Part shown: one piece after another, positions 11,071-23,325 of the stretch
Layout of the letters: every line of letters begins with the position of its first letter
Position numbering within the stretch: position 1 is the stretch's first letter
Assembly: GCF_036321535.1 (NCBI RefSeq)
Contig: NC_087436.1
Span: forward strand, 61,816,001 to 61,880,000
DNA length: 64,000 nt
Source: Camelus dromedarius
Taxonomy: Eukaryota
Reading direction: 5' to 3'
The notes under the pieces: generated by a model
What the model was told of the DNA's origin: nothing
Databases searched by the model: none
Seen by the model: the letters and a program-made list of their open reading frames with translations, nothing else
Position numbers and translations under genes: made by a program

Positions 11071-14000
11071 TCTAAAAGGGAAAAATGTGTTCACATCTGT
11101 TATGCTATACCAAAGGGTATCAGATGCCGTATGCAGATTACATGGAGGGAGATAGACCAGAGCAGGAATCCTTATGTATAAATCCTATCTATTTTATACG
11201 GTCCAGTTAAATGCCACATTTTCTGCAAAATTTTCCCTGATGCCCTCCACCAGAAGTCATCTCCCCTGTTGTAAAATCATTTAGTGCCTTTTTTTTTGTA
11301 AACAGTGTATGGTTTATATTACTGCTAAAATTTGTACCAAGGTGATTTATAAGGCTGCTTTAGCTTTTTTACATGCATTAACACTTTAACACCAAGCTGT
11401 ATGTGAAGTGTTTTGAAAATAACAGGTACAAAATAAGTATCTGGTGGATGAGTGATTAAAAGGGAAGAGAAGGAAGTAAGACAACAGCAGTCTATTTTTG
11501 GAAGCTGCTAAGTAGCTGAATGAGTGGTAACTGAGTGCCCTGAGGCAGTTTCTGAATAAGTGGGAAGAGCTAGAAAATAAAGGGCTTTCCACAAATAATT
11601 CTCCAAACACTTAGAAACTGGTAGCACTGGGTTTGGGGATTAAGGAAGAGTGGCTTCAATAAGGAGAGAAGATGGGTAGGTCTTTAGGTCTGAAATCGTG
11701 ATGGGCTGGGTAGGAGTGAGTATTGTGAGACTGCAGGGACAGGAAAGGATATAAGACATAGTTTTGGGGAAAAAAAAAGCAGCAAAGAACTTAGAGACTA
11801 ACTTCATACAGAAGGGGAGAATGCAAAGTGACATTAGATACAATGTATTGAATTTTATGAACAGAGTGATCAAAGAAGTGTTTTGTTTGATATATTTAAG
11901 TTCTTAAGTGAGGATCTGATGCTTAGTTGATATTTTTATTTCCTCTGCTTTGATAGACATTCTCTAATTCTTACTAAAGACTTTGTTGCTTGACTCATCT
12001 AAACAAACATTCTAAGCCATCACAGAGGCTTCCAGCTAAACCGAAGGTGGAAGGTATGATGAGGAAACACTGTCTTTTAGTGAAAATCCAAATGTTTCAC
12101 TTTGCCGGCAATCATGTGTTGACATTTCCTTAGCATGTGTCCTGTGTTCTCCCTCTTTAGCTTCATACCAAGTCAGCATCCCACACAGATGCTGCTTACA
12201 ATCCTTGCTCTCGTTTTTTCTTGGCTCACTGTCCTATGTTCCCTTACTTGGTCTTCCCTAGTATGTTAGTTCCAGTCATCTGGCTGTTTTATACTTCTTG
12301 CCCTGAACTGTTACGAAGGACAACTTCTGTATGTGAGGTGACACTGATGAAATTATTAGCTTTGTGTCAAAAAACAGTTCAAGATTTTTCTGGAGCACAG
12401 TGATCCCCCCTGCTTTTTTAATAAGTCAATCTTAATTATATAAACTAGGAGTCTTTGATGAAATCTATTAAGAGATTTTCATGATTAAATGGAAGAATCG
12501 GTCAAATCTGCATACTCAGTGGACAAATAAAACACATTCCTTAACTCGGAATTTTTATTTTTTATCTGTTGTTAGCTACAATTAAAAAAAATTTCTCCCC
12601 CTGGTGTTCACACAATTCTATATTTTATTCTTGAAGTCTTTTTCCTCCCCACCTCGATTGTTACTTGTTTTACTTGAAAACATAGTAAGTATGAAATTGG
12701 AAAAAAAAGAAACCGTATATGATATGTGAATAAAATCATAATTTTAATTTAGAAATATTTCAATATCAAAACAAACTTACACAAAGGAATGTTGTAGAAT
12801 TCACAATTTTTGAGAATTTGTAATATGCTGGCTGCTTTGTGACTCTTACCTGTTGAAGTCAGCATCTCCATAGGTGGTTCCTCTGTATCTCTATTTATTG
12901 ACAAGAAATCTGAGAGTTGTAAAGATGATTTGTATGAAAATAAGTGGCATGAGTGTGCTTCGAACCTGTTTTGTCTGACCTTAAAGGTGGTTGTTGTTGT
13001 TTTTTTTTAAGCCACCTTGTTTTCTGTCCTCATGAGGAGCAAGGAGCAGTGTCCAAATGGACTTTTGTAAAAGGGAATTAGATGGCAGTTGTATCCAGAA
13101 GCATCATAAGTTAACAGAAATTTCCTAAAGTGAGAAGATCTGGCTTAGTTGTCTTCTCCCTTACCAACTGCTAGTGGCACCTTGAATGTTCCACTTTGCT
13201 ATAAAGGTGGTAGTAATACACACACTCTTGATGTGAGAATTTAATGAGGGAGTGCATGTGATCATTATTTATAAATTCTAAAGTATTTAACTCTTTCCTG
13301 AGATGAAATTATCATAATAAAATGTTAAAATTTATTTTTAAATCTGATTAATGAGTAATTTTATAATATGTTATATTATATACAATTGACTGAGACTTAT
13401 GATCTCAAACCAATCTTTTATCCTTTAGGACTACATTTTTTTTTTTGAAATATCAGTATAGGAATTTTATTGTATATTGGGGTATGTGTTAAATTTTGCA
13501 CACATTTTCTCATCTTGAATTTACATGTTTTTCTCCCTGAATTATAAAAAATTAAAAGTTTAATATTTTCAATGTTTTATAATTTATTTGTTCAGCCACA
13601 ATTTAGGAAAACACATCCACATTGAAGAAAAATATTCTTTTATCTACTACAGATTTTACATTATTTTAATAAAGGGGGAAAATGAATAGATATAGTAAAA
13701 TAATGTAGTAAATAAAAACCATATATCTATAGAAACACACATACCAGGTAACAGAAAATGGGATGGGATCTGGATAATTTTGTAAATAAATTAATTACCC
13801 ATTCTTCAGAAATGTGCATTTACTGTAGTTTTTCATTTTAAGTTGTTTATATTGCATTAGTGCTTTAGTAATAATATTTATTACATTATTAATTTAAGAA
13901 TTGTGTTCCTGAACTATTATATATTTTTTATTTTCTGAATTTAATAATAACGAGAAATCTGAATCAGGGATATTTTGAGAGTACAGGATCCACCAACTGA

Positions 14001-16314
14001 TGGTTGATTTGTAGGTAAAAATTACTTTAATATACACATATTGACGTTATAGCAGTTATATTTAATTATGTTTATGAGATTATATAACTTACACGAATAT
14101 ATTTTGCTTGTTACATTACCTAATCCTACATGAGGGAACATGGTATGTGTGCTAAAAGCTAAAACCTAGCAGATGGTTGTGCATGTGGAACTGCCCAGCT
14201 CACTCTCACTCTCTGACACATAGGTGGTCCTCATTAAGTGTTTATTGAACCTAAAGAGAGGAGATGTTTCCAAAAAGTTTTTATGCGAATAGAAAGAGTT
14301 TCATCTTTTAAGTTGAGAAATTTAGGCAATGAATATATGTAAGATACATTTTAATGAGTGCAATTAAAAATTAGTGAATAATAGAATTATATCTTAGCTG
14401 ATGATTGAGCCATTCTTTCAGGAAAAGATGGTGACCAAGAATTAACTAACAATGGATAGTTTGGTCTTCTACTCATGGTTAAACAGGCTACTATTGCACT
14501 GTCAGGGATGCCTTTGTCGGAAAATCATTTCCAAAGCAAAAGGGGAGAGGAGTCAATGAAGAGAGTTGTGTATTTCTGTCATATTCCATGTAGTGTTTAA
14601 AAATATCAGAGGGCCGTAAGAGTAGTATATTGTTCCAAGTATATTTCTTGGCTTTAACTAATGCTTCATACCAGAGGGAGCCATTCAGGTTTTGGTGATA
14701 TCATTTTCTAAATAAGCTTGCTGTCATTTTATCATTTATCATTCATACCAGCCCCTAGGCCCTCTGAGCTTGGCTTATGCTTTTGGGTTTTCATTCTAGC
14801 ACACAAAATAGTACTTGCTAGTGCAGGCTTTCAATAGTTTCTTTTATTCTGGGGCCAAATACATTCTTAGAACTTTACCTTGAATTACTTTTAGACAGAG
14901 TCAACATTTTTACTTATAATGCAAAACACCTTTAAGAGAAAGAAGGGAAACAAGGAAACATATTGAGAAATAGAATCAGAAAAACCTCTTTATGTTCTTA
15001 ATCCTCATCAGTGTAAAACAAAACAGTGAGTAAGTGTAGGACAAACTGCACTGGCTGAAACCTTACATTTCTGAAACTCTTATTCTTATGTTGATCAGCA
15101 GATTAATGTTAACAATGAGTTATGGAGAATTAGAAGATATTACTAGGGAATATTTTATTCATTGTATAACATTTTTAGAGCACACACCCATATTGGGCTA
15201 GATTCGGAATAACTTTCTGGAAGGATAGGACTGGGAGAGAGGAAAGAATTACCTCCTGGGTCCTCTTTTGATTAGTTTGAGAGACTGATCAAAATAATAG
15301 ATTTTATCATATTTTAAACTCACTCCAGAAACAGTAGAATTCTCTGCCTTATAGAAATTTTGACATTCACTTTTCAACTTGAGATTAATAGGTAAATCAG
15401 CTTATTCTTTGTGATTACTCATTTATAATGAAATTTAAAATTCTGCATGGACTTAGTTTGCTAACTGTCGATTACCCTACTGCTCTTGATTTGGGAAGTC
15501 TTAGGGAAGAGTCAGGTACCTACCAACAGGTCTCATTTCAACCTCATTGCATCTCTTGGGTTTTATCAAAGACTACAGTTGTTACTTTTCTAAAACACCA
15601 TAGTGCTTTTGTTTTCTAGAGCTCTCTTTTACTATGTCATCTACACATATTTCCTCAAAAATATTGTAATGGAAGTTCTCATATGTGGGTGCCATCAAGA
15701 ACAAATACTGAATATTCTAAATTTCAATCTCATATCTTTCCACCTTTAAAGCTTCTTTTTCAGCCCATCAGCATTTCTTAGAAGTTCTTAGGTGACTTCA
15801 TAGTGTGACTTTCAGTTTAATCATTTAAGAAATTTAAGCATTTTAAGAAATTATCACCACTTACTGAGAAGTTGTTACTCAATTTTAATTTAATCATTCA
15901 TTAATAATACTACTACTAACATGTTACTGTTAAACAACACTACTTATTTTCTCTGTGTGAGATGCCATGCACTGGAGCAGATGTTTTATGTGCAGTGCTC
16001 CTATGTGTGTGCTGTGAGATCAGTATTACTATCCTCCCTCCTTCATTTCATTTCACCTATTAGATAATTGAGGCTGAGTGAGGCTCAGAAAATTTCTCAC
16101 TTTATTAATTTTCTTCAAGAACCAAGTACTATACTCAACCTTAAGGATATATTAAGTGCCTAGGGTATATTACTACACTACAAACAGACATGAAAGCATG
16201 CCATTATCCAAAAGTCTGAAACTTTTTAGTCCCACTATTCTGAAAGAGCAGCTAAGATGATTGAACCTTCAACCTTGTCACTTCCAAATGTCTATGTTGG
16301 TGTCTACTTTGAAA

Positions 16315-16500
16315 ATTATCAGCTTTCTTTCAGTTTCAAGTAACAGAAACCCAGCTCAACCCAGCTTAAGGCAGAAAGAAAATAAAGCAAATAAACAAAA
16401 TTGAGTTGCATATGAAGGATACTGGTAATGTTCATTTAATTGAAGGAAGAGCTTCTGAAACCTGGGGAATTGTAGGACCAGAAGGCCATGGATAGGCAAG
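16315..16500 (-). mobile_element. MaLR LTR fragment (MLT1J/K-like)
   Basis: 'ctttcagtttcaagtaacagaaacccagctcaacccagcttaag' is the reverse of a typical MLT1J 3' end. Confidence 0.6.
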
Positions 16501-16599
16501 AAGTAAGGTTTTCCTAACCACAGGAACCAGTATTTAAGAGTCTTTGCTGTGAAATCAGATGTAGCTCTGAATTCACCAGTTTTTTCCATGCATAATTAA

Positions 16600-17190
16600 A
16601 AGCACTCAATGATAAGTAATAATACAAAAGAAGCAACACAAAATCTATGCATAACAAAGCAGCAATCACAAACTAGAATGTGATGGCCACCATATCTACA
16701 AAAATCTTCAGAGAAGGGAAGTGTGGTGACATTAAATAAAAGATTAAAAAATCAGATTAAAAAATCATCCAATATGAACCAATTATCAGGACTAAGGTGA
16801 AATATGTCATATCAATAAGTGTGAATTAACTAAACTTGATGATTAAAAGAAAATTATTTTACTTTCAGATCTCAATCAAAATCTCAACTTGATGTCACCT
16901 GTAAGAGAAATATTATGAAGTGAACTCAGAGTGGTTAAACATAAAAGATTGAGTGATCAACAAAATAGCAAAAATAAGAAAGAGTAACCATCTTGATATC
17001 AGAGAAGTTAATTTCTGATGTAAAACGGATATACATGATTAAGAGAGATAAAAAAGGAAAAACGGATAATCCAAACTGAGTATCTTTTATGTGTGCATAT
17101 GAACAATATTTTGTAACAAAAAATTCACAGGCAAACTCATTAAGAAATTCAAGATAAAGTAGTGCTTAAGAACCTATATATTCTCATGTC
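16600..17190 (+). mobile_element. Ancient L1M, decayed ORF2 endonuclease region
   Basis: A-rich; decayed matches to IKRKR, CLQETH and VAILISDKVDF ('gtaaccatcttgatatcagagaagttaatttc'). Confidence 0.6.
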
Positions 17191-17199
17191 AAGCCGTTT

Positions 17200-18890
17200 T
17201 CACTTTACTTGCACTTAAAGTTGATGACCAGGTGCACTGGATCAGCTTTGCTCTTTGGGGAGAATTATCCTCTCCACTGTCTTTCGGGAATACCCCTAAT
17301 TGTGTCTGCAATCCGTTCACATCTGTTTTTGGCTTGTGAACATGTATTGAGCCAACTCAAGTGTAAAACAAGCTCAGTATTTTTTTTTTTCCTTCTCATT
17401 TAGCTGGTTTATTGTAAACCCTCTCATATACCTCTAAGTTCAAGTCCAAAGAAGGGTACTTCTCAGACATCTTACTGTGTCTTCTTGTCTAGCTCAGGCT
17501 TATTGCCAGATGTACTGTTTCTATTTGATGATGAACTACTACTGAGCAAACCCAACTTTATGATCTGGGAAGTCCAGTGGAATCCAGTTTATAAAGGCAA
17601 TTGTAGTTGTATGGTCACTTTGTGTCTTGGACGAAGAATGAAGAATTCCATTTCTATTAGGACTCATTAACGTGTCAGGAACAGTTTCTCAAAGGCAGTA
17701 TAATTCTCTGTTGGAGATGCTACGGTCTTGTTCCAGAATCCCATGGACCTGCATTGTGGTACTCCCTCTGGGGCTTGCCCAGCTCTTTGTGGCATCTTTT
17801 CCCACCACTTAACACCACCAACATCATAGTGTCTGCTGGATAGTATGATGTAAGCAGTAATGCCTCTTGTACCTCAGCCTGAATTTGTTGCAGAATCTTT
17901 CCTTCTGGGACTTAAAGCTTGAGTCTTCCAGGTATCCCAGTATATGGGCTGGTTTATCTGTAGGTATGAAGTATGTTATTTCCCAGAAGCCAGAGTAGTA
18001 TGCGGTAAGAAATTAATGATGCAGCAATTTGTCTTTTACTTTGTTACTACACATGATGATTGAACCTCTAAAAGCTTCACAGAAGTCACAGGTCTTAAGC
18101 ATTTGTATGGTTTATTTCCCACCTTCTGAAGTGTGTGTATCTCACCATGGGCTTTAGCATACTAGCCACCCCTTGCTCACTTTATCAATAAGTATAATGT
18201 CATTGATATAATGAGTCAGTGTGTCATTTTCTTAAATAGTCAGGTGGTTTTGATCTCTTCAGACTATAGTATAATACAGGACAGGAGACCTAAGAAGCCC
18301 TGTAAATGAACTCTTTTTTAATTGCAGTGAGAAACAATGCTTTCACCAAATCAATAATCTTATTAACCTCTTCTAACAGCATTTAGCATGGCAGCTGTGA
18401 TCGGGGCTGAGGTAGTCTGCAGTCATTCTCCAGGATCCATTCAGTTTCTTCAGGGGCCAGATTTGTGAATTAAATGAAGATATGGTAGGGACTGTTACTC
18501 TTTCTTTCTGTAGATCCTTAATCGCTTCACTAGTCTCTGTTACTTCTTTAGCCTGTGATACTGTGTTTGAATTGTATTCTTAGGCAAGGTAGGGGATTCA
18601 GTTTCAAAGATTCTCACTTGACCTTTCCTACTATGATAGTTCTTACCTTACAGGCAAAGAACCAATGTGGGTATTACCTCAACTGCCAAACTTATTAATT
18701 TCAATTAATTCTTGGAGTCTGGGGAAATGACCACTGGTGTGGGTCTGAAGACACAGTGGGCCACTGAGAGCTGGACTCTATCCAGGACTCTTGTTTGTTA
18801 TTACCTGACCCCATAAGTCCTCATTCTAACAGAAGGACCATGATGTTATTTATGCCATCTCAGCCCATTTTAGAGTCTGTTGTTCACTGT
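17200..18890 (-). mobile_element. Decayed ERVL internal sequence (protease/RT/RNase H; ERV3-16A3/HERV16-like)
   Basis: Minus strand reads SFNSQIWPLKKLNGSWRMTADY (~18477-18412), HYINDI (decayed YIDD, 18213-18196), HHGPSVRM..YG and THPVVISP-like segments (~18845-18720); multiple stops and frameshifts. Confidence 0.85.
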
Positions 18891-18941
18891 GAGCCAGTCT
18901 CACATCCCCATCTAATAGCCTGTTTTCTTTGACCCCACTTA

Positions 18942-19358
18942 TGTTAGTCTGAGTCCTCTGAGAAGTGGACACCAAGATGGGATTAGACATAAAAGAGATC
19001 TACTAGGAGACATGCCTGTGAAAGAGAATGAAAGTGAGTCAAGGGGATCTGATAGAGACATAAGTCTATCTTCCACATCTGATCCTTACAAAGGAGAAAG
19101 GAAGACAAAATGGATTGGGAGGATGAGTCTTAGATTTCAACCCAGTTCTAAAGAAGTTCACAAGGCCCATAGAAAGTCATTGGCCAAAGTCACTTCAGTA
19201 TCCCTATTATGCTCACGTATTTTGGGGGGAGCAGCCCATGGGATGATTGGCTCTGGAGCAAATGCTGTGATGGATTTGAGACTTTGGCAGCTGGGGCCAT
19301 CAGTTACTTATACTCCTGAAGTCAGAAATTTGATAGATGCATATTCATGGCTGGCACA
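18942..19358 (-). mobile_element. ERVL LTR (LTR16C-like), 5' LTR of the adjacent internal remnant
   Basis: Minus strand begins 'tgtgccagccatgaatatgcatc' and ends 'cagaggactcagactaacat'. Confidence 0.75.
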
Positions 19359-19569
19359 CTACCAGCCTGTGTATACATCCACACAGATACGTACTTTCTC
19401 CCATACAAACAACTACAAAACAATTACATTTGTGAAAGTTAAAATATAAACTACTCATTCATGTGTTATTATGATATAATATTGTAATGTATATATGTAT
19501 AATATTATGATGTAGCATTAGTATATCCAGCTATAGCAGGCATGCAATCATGTTTCTATGATAAGGAAA

Positions 19570-20370
19570 TCTGTTAGTAATTCACCATGGTAATTCAAAA
19601 TAAAAATCATGTGATTGCTAGAAATGCCAAACATACATAGGCTAAAAATATTTTTAGATAAAAAATTTCTTAGTAAAATATGGATATATGGATAACTTTA
19701 ATGTGTATATATATTTTTTATTTGTTTATTTAGTGTTATATCTTATAATGAAATACCAGAATTCCACAGTCAAGACAGTTTAATTTACTTTTAGTTAATT
19801 AATTTGAAATTGTTTTAGTTACTAGTGTTATAATTAGTTGTGAAAAAATAATACATTAAAAGAAAAAATATTTGTTATTGCAGATGACACAATTGTATAA
19901 CTCAAGAGGGTGAAATAGAATATGATTATGATTAATAAGAACATTCAGTAATGTAGCTGCACCCAATACTTACATATTAAAGTACTTATCTTTCTATATA
20001 TAAACAAATCCAATGAGAAAATACAATCAAGTAAAACATCTCATTTGCAATAGGCAAATAATATATAAAGTACTTAGAAATAAGCTTAACAAAAACTATG
20101 CAAGGCTTATATGAAAAACAAGTTATAAAATTTCTTAGGATCATAAAATAGGGCTTTAATAAATAGGAAAATAATTGGATTGGGCAGCTAAGTATATGTG
20201 TCACTTTTCTCAAAATAACATACTAATTTAATGAGATGTAGTCCAAATACTGATTTTTTAAAAAATCAGATTATCTTCTAAATTCTTACAGAAAAAAATA
20301 GATGTGTCTAAATTACAAAAAAAATAAAAAAATAAAAAAAAATAAATCTGAAACTGGAGAACAATCCAGA
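19570..20370 (+). mobile_element. Ancient L1M, decayed ORF2 RT region
   Basis: 'ttgcagatgacacaattgtata' (ADD motif) and 'tacttagaaataagcttaacaaaaactatgcaaggc' (YLGINLTK-like). Confidence 0.7.
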
Positions 20371-21889
20371 CAATACACAATAGGCCTTATAGCTAGTCCA
20401 AGATCTGATTAGCATAACTCCCAGTGACATGACTGACCCATGTTCCATTTCTACAGTTACAAGCTCAGCCAAACTGTGTTAACTCAAGATGTTGAGAGTG
20501 ATGGATAAAGAGTTGTTTCCAGCCGAAGTGTATTGTGTACTTTATTCCAGAAATCTTCCCATTTATTTATTCAGCATTCAGCAACTGTTATTGAATCCTT
20601 ATTGTATGCCCAGACTCAGTTCTTGATGCCGAGGGTAGAGCAATGAACAAAACAGACCATTCCTCCCCTCATGCCACATACATGCTAGTGGGAATCACAG
20701 AGTGCACTGTGTAAGTTTAAGGTTAAGAAGTGCCCCAGCGGGTAACAGTGGTCTCCAGCACCTACAGAGGCAGGACTGCTAATACCTCCTGCGTGTAAAT
20801 CTGTATCTGAAAGGGGATACTTGAGCTTCCTCAAGTTGTGGCCTGGTTCTCTCTGACTCACACTTTGGGTCTACAACTGTGTATCTGTTCTGGGTGCCCT
20901 AAAGATCCATCCTGCATCCAACACTGGAGAACAGCTCTGCCTTCTCTACTATGAAATCTGCTGATCTGACTTCTTTACCTATCTTTAGTCAAATTTAATA
21001 ACTTTGGCTAAGGTGAAAGTGGAATAAGTTCACTCTGACTTTAGCTTTTACAATTTTTCATAAGTTTAAAAGGTTAAGTTAAAAAAAAAACACTGTTTTA
21101 TTTAAATTAAAGGTGTAGGTGATACATTTATATGTGAATATACACGATCTTTAATCATCTTCAGGAGGAGATACATCTTTGATGAGAAATGATATGCAAA
21201 GTTATGATGTATTTAAATGTCAATTTTGTGGACAAAAAGGAAAATGTGTAGTCTACTTAGAAAACTAAGATGTGATATACTATTTATTTTGCTCATCTTT
21301 CCATCCAGTCAGAACTGAATCAAAAAATTTTTTTTAATCATTACCTGAATATTCTGTAAATTTCAGTTTTGTATCAAAATATCCAAGGCAGAAGAGAAGA
21401 GAAACTGGGAAGTTATGCCACAGTAAAGAAATATTTGATATATCTGTCTCTCCAACCTGAAAACACAGTTGTTAGTAGAGTCAGCATGCCAGAACCAGTG
21501 GGTTCCAGCCAAACACAATGGATTTTGATTAGGTAAAATAACAGTGGCTTTCTTCTTAGACAACCATATTGTTACTGCTTCTTAGTAAATAATCTTTTGC
21601 TATATCTGAATGTTTGCCTATCACTTTAATTTTCACAAATTTTATTTCATTGTTAATAATCATGGAGTTCCTAAACAGTCCCCAAGTAGTTAAAGGTATT
21701 ACTATGAAGAAAGATGCATATTTTAATTTGCAAAACAGGGATTATGACTTTTTTCTTTATTGTTCAGAAGAAAAGTTTAACCCACTTTAGTTATCTTGTT
21801 TACACAGAAGGCATTTTGACATAATTTCAGTGGTGACACTTTCATGCTGAAAGACTGTGTATACTGTATATAATTGGTTTGGTTAATAA

Positions 21890-22700
21890 TTTCCTTACCT
21901 ATGTCAACTCAGACATCAGATTGATCTTTCAAAAATATTGGTCATATCATGTTTTATTGTGCTTACAGCTTCCTACTGTTGTTCACAAAGTTTCAAATAT
22001 TTAACTTGAGTTAAAAACCTTACTATGTGGTTTCTGGTTACTTCTCCAGTCTTAGTGGTTAACACTTTCTCTCGTACTCTCTCACTACCTAACTTGCTAA
22101 ATTCCAATCATATTGGTGTTCTTCGTCTTCTCCTGTTTTGTTCTTGGTTTTGTTTTTTAATGTCTTGAGTTGGCCACAGATTCTCTCACCTCAGAACACA
22201 CACACATTCCCTTCATCCAGAATTCTCACTAAAATGAGTCCTACTCTTGATTTGTGTTAAGCAAACATATTTTCATGTGTCTGGTCACCCAGACTTTAGA
22301 ACTTTGAGTTGAAGTCTTTGAATTCTCTGCCTTCTTTACAACTTCTCAATCCTGTCACCTCCCAAGTGCTGTCACTTACTCTTCCTCCTTCCTTTGACAC
22401 TATGCTTCACACCCAGTTGAGGGCCATGTCTTCAGTCTTTTTAGCAGCCTTCTACCTAGAATCCTGCCTTCTGGACTCTCCCATTCCTCTCAATCTGACA
22501 TACCCAGGCAGATTTTTCCTCCCACTTAACTACTTTTGTTATTTTAAGTATTTGTTCAAAAGTCTTTAAGTTTCCACAAAACCCTTTGAACTAAAACCAA
22601 TCTTTAAAAAAAAATTTTTTTAAACTCTGTACTGTACCTCCCATTGTCCTCACTGTTTCCTCATGTCATGCACACTTCTAAGAATACCTGCCTTTATCCA
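21890..22700 (+). mobile_element. L2 fragments
   Basis: Pyrimidine-rich L2-like motifs 'tgatctttcaaaaatattggtcatatc' and 'ttttcctcccacttaactact'. Confidence 0.45.
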
Positions 22701-22960
22701 TTCCCGACATTCCCAGTTGCAGTCTTTTCCAATTTTTAAAGGAATTCATATATGCAAACAGACAATAAGCTGCTATACTGAAAACTTTGAGTAATGTCCA
22801 ATCACAATTTGCCATGGGTATTTGTTTCAAAGCATATCTAACATCTTGACAACAATTTTTATTTCATATAACCTTTATTAATTCTGGTTTCCACTGATAC
22901 AACTTTTCTTCTATGAGCCAACTGCTAATCCTCAAGTCAGAATATACATTTACTTTTCAC

Positions 22961-23325
22961 TGTGGTAGTTTGCCTCCTTGGTGCCAGTTTTCTTCCTCCT
23001 GTATCCATGCTTTTTGCCATGTGACTTCACAGTTCTTCAAACTTGGGCTCATGTGATTTGTTTTGGCCAATGTAATGAGGTAGATGTGACAGAGTACCAT
23101 TTCTGAGCTGAGACCCTAGAAGCCTCCTGTGTGTCTGCTTACTCTCTTGCACATGTGCATTGCTGTGAAAATAACGTGCCATGGCTGGCAGTCAGTCCAT
23201 GCACCCGCAGTGGGCAACAGCCATTTGGTCACTGAAGCCCAAGGCAGAACTGCCCAGCTGAGCTCAGCTTAGATTGCCATTGAGTTTTAGAGGGGTTTGT
23301 TATGTAGCAATAGCAATCAGATTCA
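22961..23325 (+). mobile_element. MaLR LTR (MLT1H-like)
   Basis: 'tgtggtagtt' start; 'catgtgatttgttttggccaatg'; end 'gccattgagttttagaggggtttgttatgtagcaatagc'. Confidence 0.8.

Noticed and set aside
13290..14110. Very AT-rich stretch with AG/GT pairs
   Set aside because: The candidate exons have stops in frame or lack a usable acceptor; low complexity explains the signals
19012..19449. 145-aa ORF
   Set aside because: Lies mostly antisense within an LTR16-like element; no recognisable protein
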